33,581 bases of DNA from Candidatus Micrarchaeia archaeon (GCA_041500405.1 JBGQMB010000006.1:1-33581); one strand, 5' to 3'. Counted from the stretch's first letter, positions 1-8,723 are shown. Notes: generated from the sequence alone by a model not told the origin. Numbers and translations are program-made.

Positions 1-178
1 CGTCAATCAAGATGTCAAGCAGCGGAATGATGTTCGTCCTGCTTTCGTTCCTTTCAACCAAGCCCAAAGACAAAGCAAGCCACCGCAAAAGGCTCTCCCG
101 CGACAATTTAACCGACGAGTCTATCGCCATCTCGCGCAAAACAATGTCCGACTTCACATACCGCGACTCGGAAAGCAT
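1..178 (-). CDS. Hypothetical protein, 5' part only (continues beyond the window start)
   Basis: Manual translation from ATG at 178 gives MLSESRYVKSDIVLREMAIDSSVKLSRESLLRWLALSLGLVERNESRTNIIPLLDILID, open to position 1. A TTTTTAAC TATA-like box lies about 28 nt upstream. Not in the ORF track because it has no stop in the window. Confidence 0.75.
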   Translation of the reverse strand, partial: MLSESRYVKSDIVLREMAIDSSVKLSRESLLRWLALSLGLVERNESRTNIIPLLDILID

Positions 179-217
179 AAAACGTTAAGAGACAAACAGT
201 TAAAAACCTTTTAGAAA

Positions 218-303
218 GGGCCTTTTTCTTCGCTAAGAAAAAGCCCCTGGGGAAAAAGAAGGCATTTTGGAAAAAGCCCAGGGAAAAACCGACGGTTTTT
301 GCG
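218..303. repeat. Palindromic REP-like intergenic repeat, copy 1
   Basis: Hairpins CTTTTTCTT-cgct-AAGAAAAAG (222-243) and AAAAACC-gac-GGTTTTT (284-300). AAAAAGCCCAGGGAAAAACCGACG (271-294) is identical to 19842-19865. Confidence 0.8.
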
Positions 304-306
304 CCG

Positions 307-945
307 CTACACTATAAACGGGTCGTACGTAGGCGCGGGATTGCGGGGCACGCCCTTGATGCGCCAAAAGTCGGCGTCAACGCCCGGCTCTGCAAAATAG
401 GACACAAACCCGCAATCGAATGCATGCTCAACCCTGATGCAATAATCCATCCTTGCAGGCCTTACGCACGGCAAAACGCCCCTTACGATGACTATGCCGC
501 CCTTTTTCTGGCCTTCCGGCTTCACAACAACAGAAAGAAGGCCCTTCTTCCTGGGCATAAGGACGCTTATCTTTTCAGGATGCACGACAGTGTATCCCCC
601 AGGGACCGGCTCAAACGACTTGGGCGTAATGACAAGCACGGCGTTGGGCGCAAATGGGTCTGAGGAAACAATGGAAGGGTCCTTAAGGCAGCTGAGCGTA
701 ACCTTCCATCCCCAAGGATCGGAATGGTCGAAAAGGTCCTTTTTCTCAATGCGGCCCAGGCCTCCGTGCGCAATGACCTCGTCAAGCCAGAATCCGCGGT
801 ATCCGCCCCTTGAGTCATAGTCTGCAAGCACGTCGCGCGTCAAAAGGCGCATCGAAGGAAGGGGAGCGGCAAGCTTGCGGGCAGCCAAATAAGACTCTGT
901 CCTTGGGCGTTCGCCCTTTCCAATAAGCCATATTAGCCTTCCCAT
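307..945 (-). CDS. Hypothetical protein (about 212 aa)
   Basis: Long ORF. ATG at 945 is preferred over TTG at 954 because a TTTAAAAC box lies about 29 nt upstream. No motif recognised. Confidence 0.7.
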   Translation of the reverse strand: MGRLIWLIGKGERPRTESYLAARKLAAPLPSMRLLTRDVLADYDSRGGYRGFWLDEVIAHGGLGRIEKKDLFDHSDPWGWKVTLSCLKDPSIVSSDPFAPNAVLVITPKSFEPVPGGYTVVHPEKISVLMPRKKGLLSVVVKPEGQKKGGIVIVRGVLPCVRPARMDYCIRVEHAFDCGFVSYFAEPGVDADFWRIKGVPRNPAPTYDPFIV

Positions 946-980
946 AAGCAACAATTAAAACAAACAGTTTTAAACGCTAT
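946..980. promoter_or_regulatory. Overlapping divergent TATA-type promoters
   Basis: 35-bp gap with ATTAAAA (954-960, about 27 nt before ATG 981) and a minus-strand TTTAAAA (968-974, about 29 nt before ATG 945). Confidence 0.55.
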
Positions 981-1667
981 ATGAAACTGAAACAACTGCC
1001 GACGGAGCAGACAATCAAGGGAGTATTTTTATACTCTTTCCCACAAAATACGACTATGCAACTGTTCAAGAAAGATCTTCCGGACTTTAGGCTCCTGTTC
1101 AGGAAGCGGCTGCTTCCGGACTTCAGCCCGCCTTCAGAGGAAAAGAAGAAGGGTGCCGTCCAAAGGAACCTGAGGAAGTTCATAATTAGCAGGAAGCCGA
1201 TGGTCAGCTTAATCGCAAAAAGGACATACGAAAGGGTTTTCATAAACACAGACAAGCTTGACGCACTCGGCGACTCCTCAATGAGAACAGGCCATTTCCA
1301 ATTGGCAAAGGAGATATACGAAGGCAGGCGCAACTGGACAGGGATGGCAATCGCGCAGATGGGCATGAAAGACATTGACGGCGCAACCAAAACGCTCAAT
1401 GAAAAATACCTTTTCTCGAAAAGGGCGGCCCTGCTGTTCACAATGCGCATCAAGGAGCTTGACAAGGCAGGCAACTGCACGCCGCGCATTTCGAACCAGC
1501 AGACGCGGCTCCTTGCAATGCCATCCCAAAATCCAATCCATCAGACGCCGACAAAAAGCGTTGAAAAGAAATCGCAAAAGGACAAAAAGGCCAGCATGTT
1601 CAAAAAGCCCGACACCGACGCAACCAGGGCGGAAAGGCCGAAGATTGAGGCAGAAGAGCTGTTCTGA
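981..1667 (+). CDS. Hypothetical basic protein, helical middle region and low-complexity Lys-rich C-terminus
   Basis: 228-aa ORF with plausible promoter. The segment LDALGD...AKEIYE...AIAQMGM looks like a TPR-type helical hairpin (weak). Confidence 0.7.
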   Translation: MKLKQLPTEQTIKGVFLYSFPQNTTMQLFKKDLPDFRLLFRKRLLPDFSPPSEEKKKGAVQRNLRKFIISRKPMVSLIAKRTYERVFINTDKLDALGDSSMRTGHFQLAKEIYEGRRNWTGMAIAQMGMKDIDGATKTLNEKYLFSKRAALLFTMRIKELDKAGNCTPRISNQQTRLLAMPSQNPIHQTPTKSVEKKSQKDKKASMFKKPDTDATRAERPKIEAEELF

Positions 1668-1671
1668 GCAG

Positions 1672-1717
1672 GCAAGGCCCGTCATTTTTACCTGGGCTTT
1701 TTCTGAAAAAGCCCAAA
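1672..1717. repeat. Palindromic REP-like intergenic repeat, copy 2 (inverted relative to copies 1 and 3)
   Basis: TGGGCTTTTT-ctg-AAAAAGCCCA hairpin. The reverse complement of 1691-1717 matches 19827-19853 at 26 of 27 nt. Confidence 0.8.
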
Positions 1718-1751
1718 CTATAAAAACTTATTGCATAAAAGATATCTGCTG

Positions 1752-2903
1752 ATGCTCATGAATGACCAGAAAGAAGTAGCCAGACTGATATCCCTGACGT
1801 TCGACTCAAACCCCAAGGTAAGGATTGCGACAGCAAGGAAGCTGGCTGAAATCAACGACCCGGGCGCCACGCTCGCCATGCTGGAGCTGGCAAGCGACAA
1901 GAACAAGGAAGTCATGAAAGTGGCAAACGAAGGCCTGGCAAGGATGAGGCTGAACAAGCCGGACATGCTCCCGATGACAGAGCTGTTCAGGGGCGTGGAC
2001 TTCTCAGGGGGAAGGAAGGAAGAGCCACCGCAAAAGCCGATGCTGGAAGAGGAGATGAAGCAGAAGGAGAAGATGCTTGACCCGCTGCAGAAGGAATTCG
2101 AAAAGTCCATGGGCAAGGAAAAGGCGGACCAGCTCAGGCCGAAGCTTTTCGACCTGGCGTTCATGCACAAGGACAAGTCCGCATTGCAGAACCTGCTTAC
2201 GCAGGTCATGAACTTCTACGCGCCTCCGATGGCGGAGCAGAAGCCTGCCGAGACGAAGGAACAGAGGCAGCAGGCAAAGGAGCAGGAAAGCGCGCAGGAC
2301 ATCCCAACAAAGGAGGGCATGGGCATAGCCGGAGTAACCTTTACGGAGACGTCCGCGGACGCGGCGAAGCTCATAGGAAGGGAAGCGGAAGACATGACAA
2401 AGGACAACCTTTTCACTGAAGAGGAGAAGAAGGTCATGGAAGAGGGAGACTCGTCCATAATAAAGATGGCGTACGACTCCATGATGATCTCCGACAACGA
2501 AGGGCTTCTTGAGCACCAGAAGGAAACAATGAAGAAGTTCCTTGACCATCAGGTTGACGTCGCGTTCAAGCTGGCAAAAAAGAAGTTCAAGGAAGTCAAG
2601 ATAACGGACATAAGCAACATAAAGGACGGATGGAAAGGCATAACCACCGATTACCTGCTTGTGAAAAAAGTCGAGCATAGGCAGTATGACAGGACCAAGA
2701 ACGCAAGGGAGGTCTACACGAGGCTGACTGTCGCGGACCCTGAAGGCAAGGAAGGGATAGTCTACCTTTTCGAGAACAGGGGCAGCCTGATAAAGGAGGG
2801 CATGAACATAAGGCTTGAGAAGGCGAAGTCAAAGACGTTCAAGTTCTCTGGCGAAACAGTGCTCACGGTGGACAAAAGGGGAAAGGTCTACGCGATTTTC
2901 TAG
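1752..2903 (+). CDS. HEAT-repeat N-terminus fused to a C-terminal SSB/RPA-like OB-fold
   Basis: N-terminal DSNPKVRIATARKL..DKNKEVMKVANEGL fits HEAT/PBS repeats. C-terminal ISNIKDG..RLTVADPEG..VYLF..IKEGMNIRLEKA..F.GETVLTV fits an archaeal SSB OB-fold. ATG 1752 chosen from the TATAAAAA box at 1719 (track start 1731 is TTG). Confidence 0.7.
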   Translation: MLMNDQKEVARLISLTFDSNPKVRIATARKLAEINDPGATLAMLELASDKNKEVMKVANEGLARMRLNKPDMLPMTELFRGVDFSGGRKEEPPQKPMLEEEMKQKEKMLDPLQKEFEKSMGKEKADQLRPKLFDLAFMHKDKSALQNLLTQVMNFYAPPMAEQKPAETKEQRQQAKEQESAQDIPTKEGMGIAGVTFTETSADAAKLIGREAEDMTKDNLFTEEEKKVMEEGDSSIIKMAYDSMMISDNEGLLEHQKETMKKFLDHQVDVAFKLAKKKFKEVKITDISNIKDGWKGITTDYLLVKKVEHRQYDRTKNAREVYTRLTVADPEGKEGIVYLFENRGSLIKEGMNIRLEKAKSKTFKFSGETVLTVDKRGKVYAIF

Positions 2904-2912
2904 GCGATATTC

Positions 2913-3314
2913 ATGAGGGAAAGCATAGCCATCAACTGGAGAAGGATTCCGGAAAGGTACAGGCTTGAAGGCACGATGTGCAGCAACTGCAAGAGCTATT
3001 ACTTTCCGCCAAGGCACGTCTGCCCGAAATGCAGGAGAAAGGGAAAAATCGTTCCGCACACGTTTTCCGGAAAAGGCAAGGTCTACAGTTATTCAACAGT
3101 GTATTCGGGGCCGGTCGGGTTTGAGACGGCAACGCCGTACATCATCGCAATAATCGAATTGGACGAGGGCGCAAGGGTGCTTGGCCAGGTCGTCGACATC
3201 AGGGAAGAAAACATAAAGATGGGCGACAAGGTCGAGATGGTTTTCAGGAAAATACAGCAGTACGACCCGGATGGCGTAATAAACTACGGGTTCAAGTTCA
3301 AGAAAGTGAAGTAG
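2913..3314 (+). CDS. DUF35-family Zn-ribbon/OB-fold protein
   Basis: CSNC..YFPPRHVCPKC Zn ribbon, then GKGKVYSYSTV..PYIIAIIELDEG..VLGQ..GDKVEMVFRK..YGFKF. Confidence 0.9.
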   Translation: MRESIAINWRRIPERYRLEGTMCSNCKSYYFPPRHVCPKCRRKGKIVPHTFSGKGKVYSYSTVYSGPVGFETATPYIIAIIELDEGARVLGQVVDIREENIKMGDKVEMVFRKIQQYDPDGVINYGFKFKKVK

Positions 3315-3346
3315 GTTTATAAATTATTTGTGTTATTTAATGTATT

Positions 3347-4174
3347 ATGGCGGAAAAACTGGCTGTCAAGGAGCTTCCAAGGACAAGGAAGGAGGCTCTC
3401 TCATTGCTGAAGCTTGAGCCGGATTTCAGCCCAAAGGCGATATTCTACCGAACAATGGGGCTTTTCTACAAGAAATGGCCAAGGCTGCTTGTTGTCGTGC
3501 GCCACGGCCAGTCACAGCAGAATGTTGCCACGGACCTTACGGAAAAGGGCGCGGAGGACATGCTCAGGGCCATGAGGAATATCCGCGACGCCGACATAGG
3601 CCTCAGCAAGCGCGGCCTGGAACAGGCTGAAAAAACCGGCAACTACCTGAGGCTGTTTCCGAGGTTCGACGTGTGCTTTTCATCGCCGTACAAAAGGGCA
3701 ATGCATACGGCCGAGATTATGGCATACTGGGTTCTGTACCCGCTGAAAATATACAATGACAACAGGCTCAGGGAAAAGGAGGCAGGCAGGCTGCACCACC
3801 TCGGCAAAAGGACGATAAAGGAGCGTTATCCCGACGAGTATGCGGCCCGCCAAAGGGACGGAAAATACTGGTACCGTTTGCTCGGCGGGGAGAATTATCC
3901 TGATGTCGAGATGCGGATGCACAGCTTCCTTGGCAAGCTCGCGCGCGACTGGGGCGGAAAAAGGGTGCTTGTCTCAACGCACCATGTTCCCTGCATCGCC
4001 ATAAGGACGCTCATCGAGCATCTGGACGAGCAGCAGGCGCTTGCATTGGGCGATATCCCGAACTGCGGAATCCAGGTTTACGCGCTTGACACGTCAAAGT
4101 GCCTTGGCGGAAAGCTTGTTTTGGTGGACTACAACAGGGTCGCTTATCGCGCCGGCGACTTTATGCCGGAGTGA
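3347..4174 (+). CDS. Histidine phosphatase (phosphoglycerate mutase family) with an N-terminal extension of about 40 aa
   Basis: RHGQS catalytic motif, SSPYKRA, LREKEAG, GGEN, VSTH and PNCGI motifs. Confidence 0.9.
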   Translation: MAEKLAVKELPRTRKEALSLLKLEPDFSPKAIFYRTMGLFYKKWPRLLVVVRHGQSQQNVATDLTEKGAEDMLRAMRNIRDADIGLSKRGLEQAEKTGNYLRLFPRFDVCFSSPYKRAMHTAEIMAYWVLYPLKIYNDNRLREKEAGRLHHLGKRTIKERYPDEYAARQRDGKYWYRLLGGENYPDVEMRMHSFLGKLARDWGGKRVLVSTHHVPCIAIRTLIEHLDEQQALALGDIPNCGIQVYALDTSKCLGGKLVLVDYNRVAYRAGDFMPE

Positions 4175-4177
4175 GGC

Positions 4178-4624
4178 CTATTGGCTCACGCACTCGTTAA
4201 AAACGGAAAGGAATCTCACTGCTTTTTCTCCCACTATATTCCTTATATGATAAAGCCTCAGTAATTCGGCTGTTTCGGTTTTGCCGTTTGATTCGGCACA
4301 CATATATGCGGTCCAGCCACCGCTTTCTTTCAAATCTGCCCCATTTTTGAGCAGGAGCGCACAAGTTTCCATATTCCCATCATATGCGGCCCACATCAGC
4401 GCGGTCCAGTCGTTAAACCTGCTTTTTGCGTTTACATCCGCGCCCAGCCTCAGCAGTCTCTCGATTTCTGGATTGTTGCCATGTACCGCAGCATCTATTA
4501 AATTTTGGTTAAGCCGCTTCTGCTTTTTCAGATTGAGCTTCCTGTTATCAGTCGGCAGCTTTTGCTTGGCCAAGTCTAGTTTAGCTGCCTTTTTCGCCTT
4601 GGGCCGCTCGCGCAACTGATTCAT
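4178..4624 (-). CDS. Ankyrin repeat protein (Ank-1, subfamily A)
   Basis: LIDAAVHGN..LLRLGADVNA, TALMWAAYDGN..LLKNGAD and TAYMCAESNG repeats. Confidence 0.92.
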   Translation of the reverse strand: MNQLRERPKAKKAAKLDLAKQKLPTDNRKLNLKKQKRLNQNLIDAAVHGNNPEIERLLRLGADVNAKSRFNDWTALMWAAYDGNMETCALLLKNGADLKESGGWTAYMCAESNGKTETAELLRLYHIRNIVGEKAVRFLSVFNECVSQ

Positions 4625-4656
4625 ATGCCCATTGTGGATAAAAAGGGTTAAAAACG
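4625..4656 (-). promoter_or_regulatory. Leaderless-type promoter: TTTTTAA box plus CCACAAT element
   Basis: Reverse complement reads TTTTTAACCCTTTTTATCCACAATGGGCAT-ATG. The same spacing recurs before ATGs at 5133, 5722, 12259 and 12766. Confidence 0.6.
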
Positions 4657-5133
4657 CTATTCATTTACAAACGAAACGTCGTTGTATTCCTTGGTGTCGT
4701 AAACGCATACGCCTTCCTTGCGCATAAGGGCAAACTCGCCTATTCCGATGTCAAGCGCCATCTTGCTGCATATTGTGCAATACGGCTTCCCTGCAGGCTC
4801 CATATCCCCCTTTTCATCCAGCCTTATGAAGTAAATCCTTGAGCCCACGATGTCCTTGGGATTCTTCCTTAGCGCGTCAACCATCGCCCTTTGCTCGGCA
4901 TGCACGCAGCAGGTCCTGTCAGACCTGAAATCCTTTGGCAAGGAATCCTTGATGCATGCCTTGGGGCATCTGTTTCCCGGCGGGGAATTGAAGCCCGAGC
5001 CTATCATTTTGCCGTCCTTTACAATTACGGAACCGCATTTTGACCTTAGGCAGCATGAGCCTTTCGCAATTTCAGCCGCCTTTTGCATGAATGCAAAAGC
5101 GTCGTTATGCTCTTTGCCTGAAAGAAGCCTCAT
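4657..5133 (-). CDS. Zn-dependent cytidine/dCMP deaminase family protein
   Basis: S.C....GSVIVKDG...GSGFNSPP, HAEQRA and PYCTICSK motifs. ATG at 5133 preferred (TATA box 30 nt upstream) over the track start at 5151. Confidence 0.88.
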   Translation of the reverse strand: MRLLSGKEHNDAFAFMQKAAEIAKGSCCLRSKCGSVIVKDGKMIGSGFNSPPGNRCPKACIKDSLPKDFRSDRTCCVHAEQRAMVDALRKNPKDIVGSRIYFIRLDEKGDMEPAGKPYCTICSKMALDIGIGEFALMRKEGVCVYDTKEYNDVSFVNE

Positions 5134-5164
5134 GGCCTTTATTATGCGCAAAAAGGTTAAAACG

Positions 5165-5722
5165 CTATTGGATGCACTTGTTGAAAACGGAAAGGAACCT
5201 GTCTGCCTCTTTTTTACCCAGTATATTTCTTATTGTATAAAGCTTCAGGAATTTTACTGTCTCTTTTCTGTCCCACATTTCGGCTTTCCCGAGCGCGGTC
5301 TGTCCGTCTTTGTCCCTTGCATTGATGTTTGCGCCCTTTTCAAGCAGAAACGCACATGTTTCAGTCTGTCCGCTCGTTGCAGCATGCATAAGCGCGGTTC
5401 TGTTCCTTCCATCCCCTACATTGACGTCTGCACCATTGCTAATCAGGAACGCACAGATCTTTGTATCTCCATTATATGCGGTCCACATGAGCGCGGGCGT
5501 GTTCACATCATTCTTTGCATTTATGTCCGCGCCCAACTTCAGCAGCCTCTTGATTGCCTCATCATTTCCCTCCCTTGCCGCTTGCACGAAATCCATGTTA
5601 AGCCGATGCTGCTCCTTCTTGCTGATAATCCTTCTTGATTTGTCGGGCTTCAGCTTGCGGAAGGCTTCCCTTGCCTTGTGGAAGCACTTTGCTATCCTGG
5701 ACTCGCCGAGCTTCTGAGCCAT
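5165..5722 (-). CDS. Ankyrin repeat protein (Ank-2, subfamily A)
   Basis: About four ANK repeats (AAREGN..LGADINA, ALMWTAYNG, TALMHAATSG, GQTALGKA). C-terminus is paralogous to Ank-1. Confidence 0.93.
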   Translation of the reverse strand: MAQKLGESRIAKCFHKAREAFRKLKPDKSRRIISKKEQHRLNMDFVQAAREGNDEAIKRLLKLGADINAKNDVNTPALMWTAYNGDTKICAFLISNGADVNVGDGRNRTALMHAATSGQTETCAFLLEKGANINARDKDGQTALGKAEMWDRKETVKFLKLYTIRNILGKKEADRFLSVFNKCIQ

Positions 5723-5797
5723 GCCTTCATTATGGACAAAACAGGTTAAAAAAGCCGTTGCGCAACCGTTTTAAGCCTATCAGCGGATACCAATAGG
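5723..5797. promoter_or_regulatory. Divergent Ank-2/polB promoter region with a central palindrome
   Basis: TTAAAA (5746-5751) and TTTTAA (5769-5774) flank GTTGCGCAAC (5757-5766). Confidence 0.55.
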
Positions 5798-8182
5798 ATG
5801 ACGGTCAAAAAGGGCATTCTGTTCGACGTTGGGCACGAGACAGAGGGCGAGCAGAGCTTCGCCGTCCTCCACCTCAAAACAGACGGAACAAACACCGCCG
5901 TCCGGTTCAGGTACGACCCGTATTTCCTGGTTGAGAACATAAAGCCCAGCGAAATCATGGCAGCGAAAACCGAGGAAGAGGACAACAGGACAATAACCGC
6001 AAAATCAGTTGAGCCAATCCAGCTGAGCGAAAAATCGGAAAAGACGCTTCTCAAGGTCTATTGCCATCTTCCGCAGGACGTTCCTAAGCTTAAGGACTGC
6101 TTCAGGAGGATGTCAAACGCAACCTGCTACGAGTATGACATTCCGTACGAGAAAAGGATTGTAATGGACTTCCATCTGATTCCGTTCTCAAAGGTGGAAA
6201 TCCAGGTTGACAAGGACGAACTGATGGGCATAAAGACGCTTGAAGAGGCCCCTGAAACAGAGTGGAGGGCGCTTGCGTTCGACATGGAGGTCTACAATCC
6301 GGGCATTATGCCAAATTCAAGAAAGGACCCCATAATCATGATAAGCTACGCGGACAAGAAGGAGAACAAGGTCATCTCCACCAAGGGCAAGGGGGAAAAC
6401 GTCATAAAGGTCTCTTCCGAGGAGGCGCTGATTTCAAGGTTCCTTGAGACTGTTGAATTGAACGACCCTGACATGATAATGGGCTACAACACGTCCGTTT
6501 TCGACATTCCGTACCTTCTGGAAAGGGCGGCAATCCTGAAGATAAAGGGCGCAAGCCTTTCCCGCGAAAGGGGCAAGATGAGGAAGATAAGCAGGGGCAA
6601 CGTGAAGGGATATGACATAACGGGCAGGATTCACCTTGACCTTTACCCGATAGCCAAGCTTTTCGGCAGGATAGGCGTGTTTGACGCTGAAAAATTCACG
6701 CTTTATGACGTTTACAAGTCCGTTCTTGGAAAAGAGAAAATAATGGTCGACAGGACCGCAATCTGGGAGCTTTGGGACAACCCTGAAAAGACAAAGGAGC
6801 TTGTGGATTATTCGCTGATGGACGCAAGGTCGACATACGAGCTCGGGATGGCATTGCTTCCTCTTGAGATGGAGATTTCCAGGCTTTCAAAGACCTTCAT
6901 CTTTGACGCGTCGCTGGCGACAACAGGCCAGTTCGTGGAGAACATGCTGATGTTCTACGCAAAGAAGAACAACATACTCATACCGAAAAAGCCCAACGAG
7001 CAGGAGGTCACAAAAAGGCTCGCGAACCCGATAGAGGGCGCGTATGTCAAGCTTCCGGAGCCCGGCATATACGAAAATATCGCGGTCCTTGACTTCAGGG
7101 GGCTATATCCCTCCATAATAACGACTTACAACGTGGACCCGTACAAGATTGCTGAAACAGGCGACGTCCATGTCTCGCCTTCAGGAACAATGTTCGAAAA
7201 AGGGGAGCTGGGCCTAGTCCCTTCTGTCCTGAAGGAGGTTTTGGACCTTAGGATCTCCTTGAAAGACGCGGTCAAAAAGGCAAAGCCAGGGACGCACGAG
7301 CACGACAAGCTGAAGGCAAGGGTCCAGGCATTGAAGATAATAGCAAACTCGTTCTACGGCTATCTTGGATACCCGAAAAGCAGGTGGTATTCCAGGGAGT
7401 GCGCGTCCAGCGTCACGGCCTGGGGAAGGTCGCACATCAAGGCGGCGGAAGCGGAAGCTGAAAAGCTGGGCTTCAACGTGCTTTACATGGACACGGACTC
7501 TTTGTTCATATTAAGGGGCAAGAAAACGGAAAAGGACGTTTTGGACTTCATGGACAGGATGAACAGCAATCTTCCTGGCGACATGAAGCTGGAGCTTGAG
7601 GATTTCTATTCACGCGGCGTTTTTGTCACAAAGAAGGGCAAAGAGGGAGGCGCAAAGAAGAAGTACGCGCTGCTGTCAAAAGGCGGAAAAATAAAGATAC
7701 GGGGATTCGAACTGGTAAGAAGGGACTGGAGCAGGATAGCCAGGGACACGCAAAGGGCCGTCCTTGAAATCATACTCAGGGAGGGAAACAAGGACAAGGC
7801 CGTGAACTATGTCAAGGAAGTGATAACCAGGCTAAGGTCCGGCAAGGTGCCGCTGAAGGACCTTGTCATATACACGCAGCTGAACAAGGACATCAGGGAC
7901 TATGAAATCATAAGCCCTGAATTAGGCGCGGCGAAGAAGATGATGGCGCGGGGCATAAAGGTCGGCATGGGCACGCTCATCGCATATGTCGTTTCCAAGG
8001 CAGGCAGGAACATCTCGGACAAGGCCGAGCCCCTTGACACCGCGACAAACTACGACGCTGAATACTACATCAACAACCAGATAATTCCTTCTGTTTTGAA
8101 AATCATGAAGGAGCTGAACGTCAGCGAGCAGGAGCTGGCAAACGCGGGAAAGCAGTCAAGCATATCCGACTTTTTCCACTGA
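5798..8182 (+). CDS. polB: Archaeal family-B DNA polymerase with 3'-5' exonuclease
   Basis: ExoI FDMEV, ExoII YNTSVFDIPY, ExoIII YSLMD. Polymerase motifs DFRGLYPSII, KIIANSFYGY, YMDTDS. C-terminal PIP box QSSISDFF. Confidence 0.97.
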   Translation: MTVKKGILFDVGHETEGEQSFAVLHLKTDGTNTAVRFRYDPYFLVENIKPSEIMAAKTEEEDNRTITAKSVEPIQLSEKSEKTLLKVYCHLPQDVPKLKDCFRRMSNATCYEYDIPYEKRIVMDFHLIPFSKVEIQVDKDELMGIKTLEEAPETEWRALAFDMEVYNPGIMPNSRKDPIIMISYADKKENKVISTKGKGENVIKVSSEEALISRFLETVELNDPDMIMGYNTSVFDIPYLLERAAILKIKGASLSRERGKMRKISRGNVKGYDITGRIHLDLYPIAKLFGRIGVFDAEKFTLYDVYKSVLGKEKIMVDRTAIWELWDNPEKTKELVDYSLMDARSTYELGMALLPLEMEISRLSKTFIFDASLATTGQFVENMLMFYAKKNNILIPKKPNEQEVTKRLANPIEGAYVKLPEPGIYENIAVLDFRGLYPSIITTYNVDPYKIAETGDVHVSPSGTMFEKGELGLVPSVLKEVLDLRISLKDAVKKAKPGTHEHDKLKARVQALKIIANSFYGYLGYPKSRWYSRECASSVTAWGRSHIKAAEAEAEKLGFNVLYMDTDSLFILRGKKTEKDVLDFMDRMNSNLPGDMKLELEDFYSRGVFVTKKGKEGGAKKKYALLSKGGKIKIRGFELVRRDWSRIARDTQRAVLEIILREGNKDKAVNYVKEVITRLRSGKVPLKDLVIYTQLNKDIRDYEIISPELGAAKKMMARGIKVGMGTLIAYVVSKAGRNISDKAEPLDTATNYDAEYYINNQIIPSVLKIMKELNVSEQELANAGKQSSISDFFH

Positions 8183-8252
8183 GCGGCATTACGGCGGAAA
8201 ACCAATGTTTAAAAACCCTTTTTGCCATATCTTATAACAAAGGGCAAAAACC

Positions 8253-8723
8253 ATGGTAATGCTTAAGATGCACATCAGGAAGCTTGCGAGGAAATCCAGG
8301 CTTGAGAACAAAAAGCTGTTCGTACAATCGCTTGAGAAATACCACGAGTCAGTCAGCCACATCCTGAGCAAGGGCGGCAGGCTTAAGCTGATGGAGGCTG
8401 AATCCGACCTGACTGAACTCCTCGCCTCTGAAAGCCCTGCCACAATAAGGCAACTGCGGATAACCGCTGCGGAAATGGATTCGCCGCTGCGTTCCCGCCT
8501 TAAGGCAAGAGGGGCTGTCATTGCGGGCCTCGGCTCCTTGGCCATGATATGCGCGGGAATAAAGCATGCCGGCATCCTGCCGCAGCAGGTTTGGATAATA
8601 TGCGGCATATGCATGCTGAACATCTCGTTTGCATTATGCGCACTGAAGGCATCGGCGGCTTCGCTGAACATCACAATCAGGCGCATTACCTCAGAGGTCC
8701 TGCATTCTGATGAGCTTGGCTAG
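8253..8723 (+). CDS. Hypothetical membrane protein (two predicted TM helices)
   Basis: Basic N-terminus and two hydrophobic segments (GAVIAGLGSLAMICAGI, VWIICGICMLNISFALCAL). TTTAAAAA box upstream; stop overlaps the convergent rad50 stop (CTAG). Confidence 0.65.
   Translation: MVMLKMHIRKLARKSRLENKKLFVQSLEKYHESVSHILSKGGRLKLMEAESDLTELLASESPATIRQLRITAAEMDSPLRSRLKARGAVIAGLGSLAMICAGIKHAGILPQQVWIICGICMLNISFALCALKASAASLNITIRRITSEVLHSDELG

Noticed and set aside
218..303. CRISPR mini-array
   Set aside because: Repeats are dispersed and degenerate, with no regular repeat-spacer period and no cas genes.
307..945. Possible DGR-target-like protein
   Set aside because: Only a vague impression; no reverse transcriptase and no template/variable repeat pair with adenine-specific differences in the window.
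4625..5167. Integron-like cassette array (repeated TAGCGTTTTAACC junctions resembling attC R'')
   Set aside because: No matching GTTRRRY arm or hairpin, gaps are only about 32 nt, and there is no integrase; TATA boxes explain the motif.
5798..8182. Intein or inactivation in PolB
   Set aside because: Normal length with all catalytic motifs contiguous.
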